The notes under the pieces: model-generated
Seen by the model: only the letters and a program-made list of their open reading frames with translations
Databases searched by the model: none
What the model was told of the DNA's origin: nothing
Translations under genes and position numbers: made by a program
Source: Lophium mytilinum
Taxonomy: Eukaryota
NCBI GenBank assembly: GCA_010093605.1
Contig: MU004192.1
Span: 1,186,882 to 1,250,881 of the forward strand
Direction of reading: 5' to 3'
DNA length: 64,000 nt
Shown: piece by piece, positions 63,486 through 64,000 of the stretch
Layout of the letters: every line of letters begins with the position of its first letter
Numbering within the stretch: the first letter of the stretch is position 1

Positions 63486-64000
63486 TTAGGCCTCCATCTC
63501 TATCGGCAGTGTTACTTCATCACTCTTCCCACGGTTTCTGGGCGTTTCTATCCTTTGTGGTCCATTTCGGCACTTCCGTGCATGCCGCAGGAGACGATCC
63601 TTTCTGGAGAACTCGGACCCGCAAGTGCAACGGTACTCTCTAGAACGCTGGTGGGCATCGCCTGTCTGCTTGTGCCGTTCCAAAGGCCGCTTGTCCTTGA
63701 AGGATCTCGTGCAGGAATCAAGATCACATTTGAAGGTTTGATGGGTACCTAAGTGCCGTCTAAATTATGTTAGTCTGACTCTTGGCTTTGAGGTGTAGAA
63801 TGAGGATTCAACGTACTTTAAACGGCGCTGGTCTGAAAAAGTCTGAAAGCATTGTGAGCATCTCGGACGCGGTGCGCGTGGTAATGGTAGCAGGTTGGCA
63901 CCACAGGCTCGACTCGAGGGTGCGCTTTGGGGGGACTCTGGTGTAGGTGGTATTGATCTCGGCGTAGAGTCTGAGACGGCCCAGGAAAGGGAATCGGGCG
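63486..64000 (-). CDS. C2H2 zinc-finger protein, 3' part (runs off the window)
   Basis: C..F.DKRPLERHKQTGDAH and YRCTCGSEFSRKDRLLRHARKC; intron ~63750-63815. Confidence 0.65.

Overview
Genomic DNA of a filamentous ascomycete (Pezizomycotina), judged from GT-AG introns with CTRAC branch points and a RIP-mutated block. About 15 host genes are present: a VRSHVM-type regulator, peroxisomal thiolase, a WBP2-like protein, a YTH protein, a formin GBD/FH3-only protein, a secreted Thr-rich PAN/apple-like protein, a GT34-like glycosyltransferase, a Zn2Cys6 factor, a GH81 glucanase, Utp14, mitochondrial mL41, an OLA1/YchF, an HTH-like repeat protein, a partial C2H2 protein and an orphan LFG-repeat ORF. 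The ORF-free AT-rich block is a complete 12,609-bp DNA transposon (29224-41832) with imperfect ~36-bp TIRs (CCTTACCGCGC...) and TA on both sides. Reversing RIP by hand reveals a ~3.8-kb CACTA/EnSpm (CMC)-like DDE transposase gene, a divergent intron-containing second gene, a probable third coiled-coil gene and two internal 67-68-bp tandem arrays. Other hidden features are a probable non-coding host gene whose 681-bp intron carries a box C/D snoRNA candidate and an H/ACA-like hairpin, a 235-bp TA-flanked MITE, two pseudogenes and two intergenic minisatellites. All family assignments come from motifs recognised by eye; no searches were run.
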